A stretch of 64,000 nt of DNA from Okamejei kenojei (Eukaryota): assembly GCA_035221665.1 (NCBI GenBank), contig CM069171.1, positions 10,478,001-10,542,000 of the forward strand, written 5' to 3'. Below are positions 1 to 13,751 of the stretch, piece by piece; position 1 is the stretch's first letter; each line of letters starts with the position of its first letter. Position numbers and translations under genes: made by a program. The notes under the pieces were generated by a model. It was not told the origin of the DNA. It was given only the letters and a program-made list of their open reading frames with translations, and did not search any database.

Positions 1-269
1 GGGCTGCAAAACCTTATCTCGCTCCAAATTAAGGGGACACAGGGTCAAACATACGAGCGGACAAATTCCTGACGGCAATCTCGTTGACCAGACTGGGCCG
101 TGGCTTTAGGGTGAAAATGAAGGAGTTGGAGCCCGGGTGCTGGACCTGCAGCACAAAGACCCCAGCCCGGCAGATGCCAAGCATGAGGAGATTCTGACCC
201 TCGGGTCGCGCGACGCCGCGCGCAACCAAGTCCGTGCGCCCCCGTCCAACTCATGAACCGATGTTGTGG

Positions 270-690
270 AAAGATGTTGCATAAATTTATAAAAGGACTG
301 GACACAGCTAGATGCAGGAAAAATGTACCCTAATATTGGGTGAGATCCAGAACCAGGGGCCACAGAGTCTTAGAATAACGGGGAGGTCATTAAGACCTGA
401 GGTGAGAAAAAAAAACTTTTTCACCCAGAGAGTTGTGGAATTTATGGAGAATTCCTGCCACAGAACGTAGTACGGTAGGCCAAATCACTGGATGGCATTT
501 AAGAAAGTGTTAGATTCTAGAGCTCTAGGTGTGCTAGTGGAGTTCAAAGGGAGATATGGGGAGAAGGCAGCACGGCGGTAATTGATAGGGGACGATCAGA
601 TCCATGATCACAATAAATGGCGTTGCTGGCTCAAGGGCCGAATGGCCTCCTCCTGCACCTATTTTCTATTTCTTCTATGTTTCTACATGC
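270..690 (+). mobile_element. CR1-type LINE 3' fragment
   Basis: Degenerate CR1 ORF2 C-terminus (ataaaaggactggacacagctagatgcagg...ttcacccagagagttgtgg) with 3' end gggccgaatggcctcctcctgcacc and a tttctatg-type tail. Confidence 0.8.
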
Positions 691-899
691 ATTGATCGTA
701 ACCTCGAGCAAGCGAGGAGGGGTGGTTGGTGCGTGTGGGCGGTAAGCGAAGGTCCGAAGGTCGAACTAGCCAGCTGGCGGCCTGCTGACCGTACGATCCG
801 ACGGGCCACGAGGCGAGGCGCTGCTGCGCTGCTGCTGCTGCCTGCACATCCATGGGCTGCACTAACTTGGGACCCGGTGACACGCGTGGGGACTAGGAC

Positions 900-1029
900 T
901 GGCGCACTGACCGACCCAGTAGTCCACAGTCAAATACGGGACAAGGGCTGGTCCCCATAAGCACGTGGACAAACCAATTCAGCCCAACATACGGGATGTC
1001 CCGGTATACGGGAACAGTTGGCAACCCTG
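900..1029. mobile_element. hAT-like non-autonomous DNA transposon end
   Basis: Ends in GTTGGCAACCCTG (reverse complement CAGGGTTGCCAAC, an hAT/Ac-type TIR) with subterminal tacggga repeats; other end not located. Confidence 0.45.
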
Positions 1030-1469
1030 GTTACTGATAGTCCTAAGCCTCAACACCTCCTACGGCCGCTTGTTCAAACACAGGATAGTTTGACCTGTTT
1101 CGCGGAAATAATAGTACACTCAGCTCCAATAATACGTCAGCTTCTAAGTCTGGTTGCCAACTGAAGACTCATTCGTGACTCCCGCACCTGACAGCTATCG
1201 TGTGAATGACTATGTTTTAAATTGCATGCGTTTCTATTTTATAAAAGAGCAACTCAGGGAGAAATTAAGACATGAGTCAACATCGCAGTATAAAACCTGA
1301 GCGTCTCCAGTCATCATGCATGCACATGCGCCATTCAAGCACGACAGCCACTTAGTTTTTGTTCCTTTTCAAAGTTTGACGCCTTCTTTCCGCTGGGAAT
1401 AATGGTGTGGATTACTGAATACAACAGGTTGCATCGCCACCAACTCTGGGGCTAGTTTTGTGATTTTTC

Positions 1470-2000
1470 AGCGGTCCGAATTGTTCGACTCCTGACTACG
1501 GGTGCTGTCTGTAAGCGAGTTTGCATGTTCTCTCCCATGACCCCGTGGGTTTCTCAGGGACTGCTCCGGTTTCCCCCTTACAGGTTTGTAGGTTAATTGG
1601 CCTGGTACAAATTGGCAAATTGTCCCCATGCTGATAGATAGTGTTAAGTGTGACAGGCGATCGATAGGATCGAAACGTTCTGCGGACTCGGTGGGCCGAA
1701 GGGCCTGTTTCACCGCGCTGTATTCCTCTAATCTAAAACTACAACTAAAATTCAAAGATACAGCGTGGAAACAGGCCCTTCGGCCACCGAGTCACTCGCC
1801 GACCAACGGACCTTCCGTTTATTCCCACTTTTGCAACCACTAATTCCCTCACTCACTAGGCACCATTAACCTACAAACCCCATCACGTCTTTGGGATTGT
1901 GGGAGGAACCGGAGCACATGCCCGGAGGAAACCCATGCGCTCTCCACAGGGAGAAAAGTGCAGGAAGGGTGAAAACGCACACCTCCAGATTCCGGACAGT
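1470..2000. mobile_element. Two tail-to-tail HE1/V-SINE-like SINE copies
   Basis: B-box-like ttcgactcctgact, V-domain-like cccatgaccccgtgggtttctc...ctccggttt and CR1-like tail gggccgaagggcctgttt on +; the same family in reverse from ~1755. Confidence 0.65.
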
Positions 2001-2489
2001 TACTTCCCCAGCTGTTTATCAGCAACTGAAACTTACATCACATACCTACCACAACTCAATGAGCAACGTCTTGACCTCCCCTCCACTCTGCCTTCACTGG
2101 AACGCCCTCGCACTACATCTTTGATCGGAACTTACTGGATTTTAATCTGCACTGAGCATTATTCACTTCTAATCCTTTATCTGTTACACTCTGGACGGCT
2201 CGGATTATTGTAATACATCGTATTTGTCTCTCCGCGACTGGATAGCAACGGCAACAAAAGCTTTTTCACTGTACCTCAGAACACGTGACAATAAAACTAA
2301 CCTATCTCTTGTGATCATGCTCTCTTCGCCCCCTCCTTGTCCTCGGAGACAGCAAATACGAAATTACATCAGTTCTACTGAACGCACCTCCCATATTGCT
2401 AAAGATGTAATCCCGTCTTTCCAACCTACTCGTTGGTCTTGGCGCACTTTTCTCCCCCCTACCTCCTGGGCAAGCGAGCTGTAGACGTA

Positions 2490-3240
2490 CGAAACATAGA
2501 AAATAGGTGCAGGAGAGGCCATTAGGCCCTCCAAAGTCTAGCACCACCATCAATATGATCATTGCTTACTCGTGCACAATCAGTAACCCGTGCCTTCGCC
2601 TTCTCCCCAATAATCCATTGCGATTTCGCTAGCCCCTGAGCTCTATCTAACCTATCTTTAAATTCATCCAGTGATTTGGCCTCCACAAATTCCAGAAATT
2701 CCACAACGTCTCTGGGTGAAAAAGTTGTTTTCCATCTCACTTTTAAATGGCCATCACCCTTCATTCTAACAGACTGAGTTGGCCCCTGGCCCTGGTCTCC
2801 CCCAAACATGGTGAACAAGTTTTTCTCTGCATCTACTTGTCCATGAAGCATCATCCTTTTATATGCGTATATCTTTCTATAAACGATATCCCTCTCATCC
2901 TTCTAAAATTCCAATTCAGCGAATACAATCCCAATCTTTTCCAACTCCTATTCCTCAATGACAGTCCCGCCACACCTGGAATTAACCTGTGAACCTACAC
3001 TGCAACATTGCCGTCAATAGCAAGGATGTCCCTCCTCAAGTAAGAGACCAAATACTGCACACAATGCCTCCAGTGATGGACTCTCACCAGGGTCCCTGTA
3101 CAACTTGCAAAGGACCTCTTATTCCTATACACTCAAACCACTCTCATTCACATGAAGGTCCACATGCCATTAACCTTTCTATCACTGCCTGCAGTACTGC
3201 ATGCTTACTCTTCAAAATCCTGGCAACACCCAAGGAATAG
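2490..3240 (-). mobile_element. CR1-type LINE 3' fragment
   Basis: aaacatagaaaataggtgcaggag reverse tail followed by degenerate reverse ORF2 (SLDEFKDRLDR-like peptide in ORF 2522-2854). Confidence 0.75.
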
Positions 3241-4401
3241 ATCGGAGTAGATGCACAGAATCTCTTGCCCATAGTAAGGGGAATCGAGAACCAGAGGACA
3301 TAGGTTCAAGGTGAAGAAGAAGACTTAATACGACACTCTTGGCGACTATTGACCTACCACGACAGGTGCACATGTCAGACAAACATTTCTCGCTAAACAG
3401 TCCCTTCGGCAAACGAGTACCGCCGGCGCCGACCCAGCCGACCCCCGCACTATCTAACACTTACCTACACACACTAGGGACAATTCACTTATCACAGCAA
3501 GCCAATCAACCTGCAATACCGTTGGCTTTGGAGTGTGGAGGCGAAAAACCGAAGATCACAAGAAAACCCACAGCAAGGTCACGGGGCGAACGATACAAAA
3601 CTCACGTACCAACAGCACCCGTGGTCGGGATCGAACCCGGGTCTCTGGCTGTAAAGCACTGTTATGGGACCTGCTCCCACTTAGGCGACTTTTTAGGACC
3701 GAATGCCAGAGACTATGCGGACGCCACATGTTCGCCGGCTGGCTTGCCGGGGGAGTCCGCCCTTCCCATGTTCGTGAGCGCTCTCCCCATTCATTCATGG
3801 GAACTAGTCGCAAGACCATCATTATGGCTGCCGCAGATTTTTTCGACATGTCGAGGAAAATTCAGCGGCCGAACCAAACTGAAGACTCCCATGGAGAGAA
3901 GCGAGTCAGTTTCGCCTGCACCGTGGGTGCAGTGGCGGTGGGTCCCAGGAGGACAAGTTCCCGTAGGTTGGAGCCGAGTGCAGACCGGCAATTCGTTGAC
4001 TCATTGAAAACAAACACGGAAGCAGTGGTTTTTCAAGAACCAAACGCGAATAACAGACCAGGTAATGCTAATTTCCGCACGAGCTTCACAGCCTGTATCA
4101 CTGGGCTTCTTAAAAGTTGTCCTACAACACTCCTCGCCTCCCTCTATTCCCCCCCTCCCCCCCCGCTCACTCGTCCCCCTCCCTTCATTTAAGGACTTAC
4201 CATACACTGTGCTTTGGAGCCGTCTTCTGATTACAGCGCCAACCTTACCTATATCATGGCGTGATTGTGTCTGCGTATCACACATTGTCTGGGCTTTGCG
4301 CACTGTGAATTTTACTCAGAAGAAGCACTCCCCCACACCCCCCCTGCCCCCCTGTCCCCGCCTCATAACGGGCTGGTGGAAGGAAAGGGGGGGAGGGTGG
4401 C

Positions 4402-4885
4402 GGTGTGTGTGTGTGTGCGCGCGCGCAGTGTGTGTGTGTGTGGTGGGTGTTGATTGTTGAGTGTGGTGTGTGTGCTGTGTGTGTGTCGTGTTGTGTGTGT
4501 GTGTGTGTGTGACTCTTTGCGTGTGTGGTGCAGTGAGTGTGTGTTGTGAGTGTGTGTGTGCACGTAGTGTNNNNNNNNNNNNNNNNNNNNNNNNNNNNNN
4601 NNNNNNNNNNNNNNNNNNNNNNNNNNNNNNNNNNNNNNNNNNNNNNNNNNNNNNNNNNNNNNNNNNNNNNNNNNNNNNNNNNNNNNNNNNNNNNNNNNNN
4701 NNNNNNNNNNNNNNNNNNNNNNNNNNNNNNNNNNNNNNNNNNNNNNNNNNNNNNNNNNNNNNGCGAAGTGTCTGCTGTGGAGAGTGGTGTGTGTGCTGTG
4801 TGCGTGTGTGTGTGTGTGTGTGTGTCACGTGTGGTGTGGTGTGTGTGTTGTCTGTGTGTGTGTGAGAGTGTGTCTGTGTGTTGTG
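4402..4885. repeat. Imperfect (GT)n microsatellite
   Basis: Long GT dinucleotide run on both sides of the gap. Confidence 0.95.
4571..4762. other. Assembly gap
   Basis: N run. Confidence 1.
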
Positions 4886-6959
4886 TCTAAAGTGGGACAC
4901 GGCCCATTAAAGCGGCTGTCTAATTCAAGAGCTCTTCCGAGTTTAAAAAACAAAATCAAACTCGTAGTAAGCACGTAGAATGTACGTATCGGTGTAGTAC
5001 GGAGCTCGGGGACGTTTCTTAGTGGCTCGTAACGCTAACAGCAGGTACTCGTGGAAACCGGTAACCTCGTGAAATTTTCCAACATGATGAAACGTGTCCA
5101 CTGAGGTGCCAGAGTGCCCTACAGCGGCCATTACCTAATTCTCCGGTTCGAATCAGGGGAAACTCGGGAGAACCCTCTTGAAATTACTCGACTACAGTGG
5201 GGACATTGCCCATAAGGCAGCAACTCTACGCTGACACTGCGCCTGGTGCGGGGTTTGGGAAGACTCCTGCAGGAATCCGGAAGCGGCAGGGATGGGGGTC
5301 TGAGACGTGACCAGGTAGGCTTACCGTGCACGATGCTGAGTGGTGGTCCCGGGAAGGGCAGTGAGTCTGGTTATCCTCCCACATCCAAAGACTTGCGGGT
5401 CGGTAGTTAATTGGTCCTGTAAATTACCCCTAGCGTCAGGTGAATGTCATGTCAAGTCAGGTGTAGTTTAAATTGTCACATGCCACAAAGTACAGTGAAA
5501 CAAGTTGACAACAAGTTAATTCATGGATAACTCCTTGAATGGACAGTCATCTTCGTTTTCAAGGGATCGTCCAACATTATTACAATGATATATTTATTTC
5601 ATAGTATTGTGGACATAATATTGTTACACCTACGCAATACAATAATCACGTAAGTGTAAATGGCCACACTGCATATACAATTCAACTATGCCAAAATGAT
5701 CACAACACAAGCAAGCTTGATAAAGGCGACTCGAAAGACTCCTAATACAGAAACAAGGTACAATGGTTTTATAAGGCAAGTTGTAAAAGTGTATTTTTCT
5801 AAATAGAACGAAATGAGCTAATAATTCTTTATGGACTAAGGCAGAGTGTTTCCCAGTCCAGAAGGAGCTTTGAATTTACAATGCACGTCTCCACTCCAAT
5901 TTCTTTGTTAGTTCTTGGTATGCGAAAAGCTAAGGGTTCTAGAATAATGTCCAAGTGAATATGAGGGTGTGTATGGTAATAGGTCTTGTTAAATAAGAAG
6001 GCGAGTACGCTGAGTATGGCTGCATATCTAAAGATGAACTGGAACCAGTGTAGCATCTTCGAGCGTGGGCGGATAACCAGTTCTAGAGTTTCGTACATAG
6101 AACAGTGGCGAGTTAATATATCACACCAAACACCAATTAAAATACAAATCTGCAGAGTACTATTCTAAACTACAACTTGAACGGGGTTGAAGATGGTGAT
6201 AATCAAATGTATTCTGATAGACAATATCAGCATAACTCCAGTGTTGCTAATAGTAGTGTGAAGACAATTATTTTTCTTCTCACCGAAGGACTGAAGCAAT
6301 TTCTATATGGCAGGTAAAAGAATAGCTATGATACAGCTTGCGTTTTGTTAGTAATTCGTCTTACTATGCTTGCGTAAATGAGTACAGGTACGAGGAAGTC
6401 CAGGTACAATAAATATCTTCCTTACAGCAAGTCACAAACGCACAAACTAATTATCTCAACATCAACACTATACATCAAGTATCAAGAACGAAACTAAATT
6501 CAAAAAAACAAAAACGTTGGTTGCAAGAACATAACTAGAACATATGGCCAGCGGGAGAGTTAGCTAGCCGTGTCAACAGCGCCAGAGACCGCCGGAAGTT
6601 TTTGACACCCTAACCACGGGGTCTACCTGCGTACGTGTGTTTGTAAGGTTCTCCCCGTGACTAGCGTGGGTTTCTCTTCCGGCTCTCTGCGGATTCCTCC
6701 CACACCACCCAAAGACTGCAGGTTTGTGTGTCGATGGGCCTTTGGTATAAAAATGTAAAAATTGTACCTGGTGTGTGGGAACGGGCCTAGTTCGTGGAAT
6801 TTTGGGCCTGTTACCACACACCTCTTAACTAAACTCACCCAATTTAAGAATTAAGTATGGATTAAGGTAGGAATAGTGTAACATGCGTCAATGTGGGCTT
6901 GATGGGCCTGAAAGCCCTGATTCTATGCAACTCTAGGTCATAGGGTCAAAGGAGTCAAG

Positions 6960-7720
6960 TTAGGATTTCTGGTGCCCTCACATCTACAGAGACCTCACAA
7001 TGAGCTCCAACCAACACCGCTAGCGCTGAGACAAAAAAGGCTCTCAGCACACGACCTCTGTTCCTCTGAAACATTGAAAAACAGACCCGGTTTTGACCCC
7101 ACAGCTGCTACGCACCTTCTACCCGCTGCAACCACAGAGCACATACTAACGCTGGTATGTGGCATCAGCTGTGGTACATCTCAGCTGCACGGACGGCAGG
7201 ACAGAGGGTACCTGTACAACCGCCGCCCTCCACAGAGTGCAGACAAGTAATTGGGACACAGACACGCTCATCATGGAGGCATCTACTATTTAAAAACAAC
7301 GTGCCCTCAAAGACAGCGTCAGCATCCACAACAACAGACCAACCTCACACCCTTGTAATACAGTCTGCTTCGACATCCTACTTCCGGCAGACACGTTACA
7401 AGGCCTTCTACGCCGGACCCAACCACCACTTAGGACAGCTTCTCCCCAGTGAGACAATATAGCTGCTCTGAACCCGGATCACTCACTCTGAGTCCCCCCC
7501 CCCCCCCCCACCCCCTCCAATCGACCCGGCCATACACAGCTTCTCTGGCACTTTAAACTGTAATTAACTGTTTTAGTATATTTTTTTTACTTAACATAAA
7601 CAATGTTTCTCTGGGTATCCTAAAATTTTATTGACGCTTGTTTATAGTTATGACATCGGATGGGAAAGTTGCAACCACAAATACTCGTTCTACCTCTGTG
7701 CGATGACACATAAAAGATAT
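6960..7720 (+). mobile_element. Rex/Babar-like LINE 3' fragment
   Basis: Degenerate post-RT coding (FLVPHI..., TEHILT.., gctgtggtac.., SADKVIG-like) ending in an (att)-rich tail. Confidence 0.5.
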
Positions 7721-7749
7721 CATTGATTTATTTTTTAATTATTTTTAAA

Positions 7750-9290
7750 CAGATGTGGAAAATAACCCTTTGGCCCAACTTGCCCACAAACCAAAAAGAC
7801 AGCAAAACACCGTCCCCAAAATAATAGTCTCACTAGTACCACACTAGACTCACCTGCCTGCGTTGGGACCCATGTCCCTCTACAATCCCGTCCTATCCAT
7901 GTACCTCTAAATATTCAAAACGGTTTTTTTTGGAATAGCCTCGCCTCAACTAACCTCCTCTGTACAGCTCGTTCCATAGCACCCCACCGCCCTCACTTTT
8001 TAAAGGTTTCAGTATCCAGATTCAGATTCAGATCAGCAACTTTATTGTCCCAGGCAGTGTATAACAGTACAAAAGGCAACGAAATGCAGTTTAGCATCTC
8101 ACCCAGAAGTGCAAACAACAGACATAATGAACAGTACAAAATATATAAATATATAACCATTAAAAATTACCCCTCAGTTCCCTATTAAATCTTTTCCCCC
8201 TCACTTAGATCCTGAAGTCCTCTGGTCCTCAGATTCCCCTACTCTGCAACGAGACACTGTGGCGTCCTACCCGATCTAATTCCTCTCCCTGATCCAGTAA
8301 CACCCTCTATAAGCGTATCGCCCCTCATCCTCCACTGCAGCTCCATGGAAATCCAGAGTCCCAGCCCCTGCTCAACCTCTCCTATAACATCAGGCCCTCG
8401 AGTCCTGGCAACATCCTCGTGAATCGTCTCTCACCCGTTCCCAGCCTGACAACACCTTCCTATAACACGCATGTCCTAAAACTGAACACAATCTTTAAGT
8501 AATTATAATTCCTATAATAACAAAGTATCCCAGCAGTATCAAACCCATTGCGGCCTCCACTACGTGGTGCAAGAGGCTTGGATTACACAGGATTAACTAA
8601 TGTAAAATTCAAATTGATCCACATACTTAGTATAAAATGATTGGTAATATTTATATAGGAAAGCTATACGAAGGAACTGCAGAAGCTCGGTTTATATTAG
8701 AAGATAGACACAAAATGCTGGAGTAACTTAGTGGACAGGCAGACACTTACATGGAAGAGACAAGGAATGGTTGACATAAACATAGAAACATAGAAAAATA
8801 GTGCAGAGTAGGCCATTTGCCCTTCGAGCCTCGACCCGCCATTCAATTATATTCATGGCTGAATCCATACAACTCAGTATCCTGTACCTGCCTCTCTCCA
8901 TACCTCCGATCCCTTTAGCCACAAGGGCCACATCTAACTCCTCTTAAATATCGCCAATGAACTGGCCTCAACTACCTCTGTGGCAGAGAATTCAGAGACG
9001 TCCCTCGCCACTCTCTGGGTAAAAAATGTTTTCCTCATCTCGGCCTCCAAAAGGATATTCCCCCTATCTTAAACACTGTCTGACCCCATTGTTATCTGGA
9101 CTTCCCCAACACAGGAACAATCACCCTGGATCTTGCTGTCCAACCCCTTAAAATTTTTGTAAGTTTCTATAAGATCCCCCCTCAATCTTCTAAATTCCAG
9201 CGATGTATATAAGCCGAGTCTATCCAGGTCCTTTCCTCAATAAAAGTCCTGCCATCCCAGGAATCAGTCTGTGAACTTCTCTGTACCCCC
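7750..9290 (-). mobile_element. Cluster of CR1 3' fragments
   Basis: Reverse CR1 tails (aacatagaaacatagaaa at ~8778; ggcccaacttgcccaca at ~7772) and degenerate ORF2 remnants. Confidence 0.7.
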
Positions 9291-9356
9291 TCGAACGGTA
9301 AATGTTTAAGTCGATTTATATCGTGATAGCCTTGTTAATAGACCCCTTTAAATGGA

Positions 9357-10030
9357 CGGCACGTGGCGCAGCGGTAGACAGTATGCTGAGCCTCACAAGC
9401 TCGGCCGAGGAGACCCGGGTTCAATCCTGACTAAGTATGCTGTACACCCTGCACTTCTCAACCCGTGACCTGACGTCTGGTTTTCTCCAGGGATCTTCGA
9501 TTTTCTCCACACTCCAAAAAATCGTGGCAGTTCTGCTAGGTAATTGGCTTTGGATGCAAACAATGCGCAAAATTAATAATAAAGGGTACAAGCCATTTAG
9601 GAACGGCAACTACTTTTTCACACAGATGTTTGTGAGTCTGTGGAGAATTTTCTGCACTACAGAGAGGCGGTGGAGGCCGCTTCCTACCTGGATGCTTACA
9701 AGAGAGAGCTAGGTCTTGATACATAAAACGCAAACAAGGGGACATCCTTAAAGACATAGCGGATTCAGGGGATACATGGGAGAACCAGGAACCTAGTCAC
9801 TGATTGGGGATGACATCAGTCCATCGATCACATTGAATGGCCGGTGCTGTGCTCGAAGGGCCGAATGGCCTACATCCTGCACACTATTGTCTATTGCTCT
9901 CACTGTCCCCCAGTGTGTGCATTGACATAGTGTGACAAGTGTGCGGAGGATCAGCTAGTCGGTGGCGGACTCTGTGGACCGACAGCCGCTCTGTTTCCCG
10001 GAGCCTGTATCTATAGAGCTAAACAAAACT
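9357..10030 (+). mobile_element. tRNA-derived SINE (HE1/V-SINE-like) interrupted by a CR1 3' fragment
   Basis: A-box gtggcgcagcgg and B-box gggttcaatcc; CR1 tail at ~9590-9900; SINE 3' half resumes at tgtcccccagtgtgt (~9905). Confidence 0.65.
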
Positions 10031-11009
10031 CTTTATATAACAGACATCTGATGGTTATAGCGACTGCACCTACTGACCGTATACCCTTCGCCATCATCGG
10101 CTTGCCCGTCTCCCTGGCCGCTACTCGGGCCCACTGAGGGACGGCCGAAATGCCGGGGTCGGCCGGTGGACTGTGGCAGTAACTGGCTCACTATTATAGA
10201 GAAGGCATAATAACGGTAGACAGTCAGAACCTTTTCGCAGGTGGAAAGCTGGTCCAAACCAGAGGTGCACTAGCTGTAGAGGTGAGAGGGGGAGGGTTTA
10301 ATGGGGGATGAGTGCGAGGGCAGGTTGTTTTAGTAGAGAGTATGGAGCCTGGAAGATATTACAGTGTGATGGTTGAGGCTGATATGATATGGGCGTTTAG
10401 GATAGGCACAATATGTGCCACAGGAAAGAGGGAATATGGATCGCATGCCAGGAAGGTGAGATTCAGTCTAATGAGCATTATCTTCGCACAAATGGAGCCC
10501 GTTTTCCTGAGTACCTGAACTGTTCTGTGTGTACATAATGTTCTATGGAAAGATCGAATCTGCAATCTATAAAGTGCATTGGGTCCCAAACCCGATCACA
10601 TATCAAGAGAACCCGGGTCTCGAACTCCTGTCCTACAGGTGCTGTCTGTACAGAGTTTTTGCACGTTCTTCCCCGTGACCACTGTGGCCTTTTCGAGCAC
10701 GGCGTGCTCCGAGTTTCCTCCCACCGCTCCAAACTGGACAGGTTTTGGTAGGCAAATTGGCTCGGATAAAATGTAAAAGAGAGTGTCCCTAGTGTTGCGT
10801 AGGATAGTTAGTGTGCGGGGATCGCTGAGGTTCGGATCAACAGAAATGTAACTCTGCAGTATCTCTAAAACAAAACTAAACCATCTAATCAAACAACCTA
10901 ACCTAAACTAACGTAAACTATCTTAAACTAAACAGAACTAAACATATACAGCACCGCCTAATATTAGACTATCAACTAATCATTAATAATATTAATATAT
11001 AAAGACCAA

Positions 11010-11335
11010 CCGCAATTGAGTGTGAGGAGCAAGCCACCTCAATATTTCCTTAGGGAGTCAGCTTTCTACCTAGGCCAGCGGTAATGACACACAGAGATTG
11101 ACCTCACAGATCTAATTTCAGTAGTCCCTACTTTCTCCTCCCCTTACCCAGACTCTCCACTCATGCCCTCTGGCTCCTCCTGTTCCTTTCTTCTTCCGCA
11201 CCCCCCCCCCCCACCCTCACACCAGTCTGAAGAAGGTCCTCGACCCCGAAAACTTGCCTATGTCCCTTCGCTTCCAATAGATGCTGCCTCAGGCTTTCAC
11301 CCTGCTGAGTTTTCCCAGCAATTTTTGTCTAACCA
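11010..11335 (+). mobile_element. Penelope-like element 3' end with degenerate hammerhead motif
   Basis: gaggagcaagccacctc...atatttc GIY-YIG-tail-like sequence followed by tctgaagaaggtcctcgaccccgaaaac and gatgctgcctc...ctgagttttcccagca. Confidence 0.6.
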
Positions 11336-12286
11336 ATGTTAAACAAAACTAATCCAGCGCGCAACTGAACTGACTCACTAAACTTGCGACACACTTCTCA
11401 AACATAACTAACTAAACAACTAAACTAAAACGGAACTAAAACCCTTGATGAGCTCATCTCTTTCTTTGTGAGGTGAATGCACAGGCTGAGAGAAACTACT
11501 CTGCTCTCTATTTTGAATAATGACGCTCACATCGATCCCCATCATTTGAACTGACAGCAACAGTGCCGCAGAAGAAGCAGAACTTCTTCATACGTCTCGA
11601 CACAAACTACCTGGCGACCCCCTCTCTATCTTTGAAGCTGTGCCCTCTAGATTGAATTTTCCATCCTGCCAAAAAGGTCTGTGTGACTGTCTAATACCAA
11701 CATCTAAACCGCTCAACAAATTTTTAGTACTTCTTCTCCCTGCTGAACTGTATGTGAGCCACGCGCTGCGCGCATCGGTAGATTGCTTGCTCACGGCGGC
11801 CAGAGACCTGGGTTTATCCCAACTATGGGCGCTGTCTGTCAAACGGAATTTTCGCCCGTCTCCTCTCTCCTCACCGTCCGTTTTCACCACTCGGTGGGTT
11901 TTTCCCTCCGGAGTGCTTTCGGATTTCCGATCCACACTCCAAAGACGTGCAGGATTGAGGTTAAGAGGTGATCTTCTTTTGTGAGGGGCTTCGTAAGACA
12001 AGTGTAAAATTTGTACCAACCCCACAAGTGTATTGCGAACTCGGACACAGACATCCCACAATCGACACTTTCATGTCCTCCCTGCCTAGTTCCATCATTC
12101 AGTTCTAAAAACAAGAAGGCTTGTTCCTCTTTTTGGAACTCATCAGTGCAATTCCCTGAAAATTGTCTCGCTCCAGAGTGGAGGGATTTTGTGCGGAGCC
12201 CAGCAATTTCTTTTAGCGAATGGTGCTACTCATTTCTATCACTGAGAGTAGCCCAGTGGACGATTTTACAGGTCGAATGGTTTAAC

Positions 12287-12753
12287 GGGCTGTCCCACTG
12301 CGCGACACCTAATATTGGCGCAGTTAGTAAGAGTTTAGGAGAGTTTCTGCGAAAACCACATGTTGACACGACACTCTCTCGCGGACCTCCTTCGACTATG
12401 TTGAAGACTATCTACGACCATACCACTCGATTACCTATGCACTAACATGCCGACCTACGAACGAGCTAGCTAGGCACTACAACCCACGAGTCAAAAAAAG
12501 GATCTGATTTTTTACATCTGGCCGACCTTTTTAACTAGCGTGCATTTCCAACGTGATGAAAAATACGCCGGCCACTCTACTGAGTCGCTCTCGAACTAAC
12601 AGCGGGAGACCACTCCCGAGACATACGAAGAGGAGAGTTACTAAAGACCTCCTAGGACCTACGTGTCAGACCATGCTGCGAGTATGAAGTCGGAGGCAAA
12701 CTCGCGAAAACTCGCATACTTAACACCTCCCTTCGCCGCCAAGTGGGACAGCC
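12287..12753. mobile_element. PIF/Harbinger-like MITE
   Basis: TIRs gggctgtcccact ... agtgggacagcc; taa just upstream of the left TIR. Confidence 0.55.
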
Positions 12754-13234
12754 TCGCGAGTTAGACGCGCTTACCATATGTCCTTGCGCGAAAGCAGAAT
12801 GATACCTGAGTAAGGGCTAATGTTTACTTGAGGGGTTTGTGATTTCTGCCGGGACTGCCGGAGGTCGCTGACGTTTATGTTTTAGAGATACATCGCGAGA
12901 AACAACCGGGTATGCACGGCCAGTGAATCCCCGCACACTAGACACTGAGATCCCTACACTCACACTCTGACACGATAGACCAATTTACACTTTTATACAA
13001 TCCAATTAACCACCCCAAATTATACATAAATGGAGTGTGGGAGAAAACCGGGCAACCCAGAAATAAACCCACGCAGGTCACGCGGGGAGAAGGTACAAAC
13101 CCGTACTGACAGCACCCTACAGACGAGAATGGGACCCTCGGGTCTCGGCGCTGTGAGGCACAACTCTAACCACCGCGCTGCGTCACCCTTGTCACCTACT
13201 CGCGGGGAGGAGGCAATGGAGTTGTGAAAGGCAA

Positions 13235-13250
13235 ATACTATCTCTCTATG
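13235..13250. other. Sequencing artefact: PacBio barcode remnant
   Basis: ATACTATCTCTCTATG just before a 500-N gap; identical 16-mer at 61165-61180; reverse complement of CATAGAGAGATAGTAT (barcode bc1016 as I recall it). Confidence 0.85.
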
Positions 13251-13251
13251 C

Positions 13252-13751
13252 NNNNNNNNNNNNNNNNNNNNNNNNNNNNNNNNNNNNNNNNNNNNNNNNN
13301 NNNNNNNNNNNNNNNNNNNNNNNNNNNNNNNNNNNNNNNNNNNNNNNNNNNNNNNNNNNNNNNNNNNNNNNNNNNNNNNNNNNNNNNNNNNNNNNNNNNN
13401 NNNNNNNNNNNNNNNNNNNNNNNNNNNNNNNNNNNNNNNNNNNNNNNNNNNNNNNNNNNNNNNNNNNNNNNNNNNNNNNNNNNNNNNNNNNNNNNNNNNN
13501 NNNNNNNNNNNNNNNNNNNNNNNNNNNNNNNNNNNNNNNNNNNNNNNNNNNNNNNNNNNNNNNNNNNNNNNNNNNNNNNNNNNNNNNNNNNNNNNNNNNN
13601 NNNNNNNNNNNNNNNNNNNNNNNNNNNNNNNNNNNNNNNNNNNNNNNNNNNNNNNNNNNNNNNNNNNNNNNNNNNNNNNNNNNNNNNNNNNNNNNNNNNN
13701 NNNNNNNNNNNNNNNNNNNNNNNNNNNNNNNNNNNNNNNNNNNNNNNNNNN
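13252..13751. other. Assembly gap (500 N scaffolding join)
   Basis: N run of 500. Confidence 1.

Larger units (their letters stand above)
3665..4906. mobile_element. PIF/Harbinger-like non-autonomous element (spans a gap)
   Basis: Degenerate TIRs gggacctgctcccactt (~3666) and aagtgggacacggccc (~4890) with T/A-rich flanks; same TIR family at 12287-12753. Confidence 0.5.

Noticed and set aside
3339-4460. Overlapping 130-220-aa ORFs
   Set aside because: They cross SINE and Harbinger-like MITE sequence and show no domain motifs; chance ORFs.
5700-6320. Unique-looking, possibly exonic + strand stretch ending CAG|GTAAAA
   Set aside because: No sustained frame or recognisable peptide; lies in an error-rich contig and cannot be supported without repolishing.
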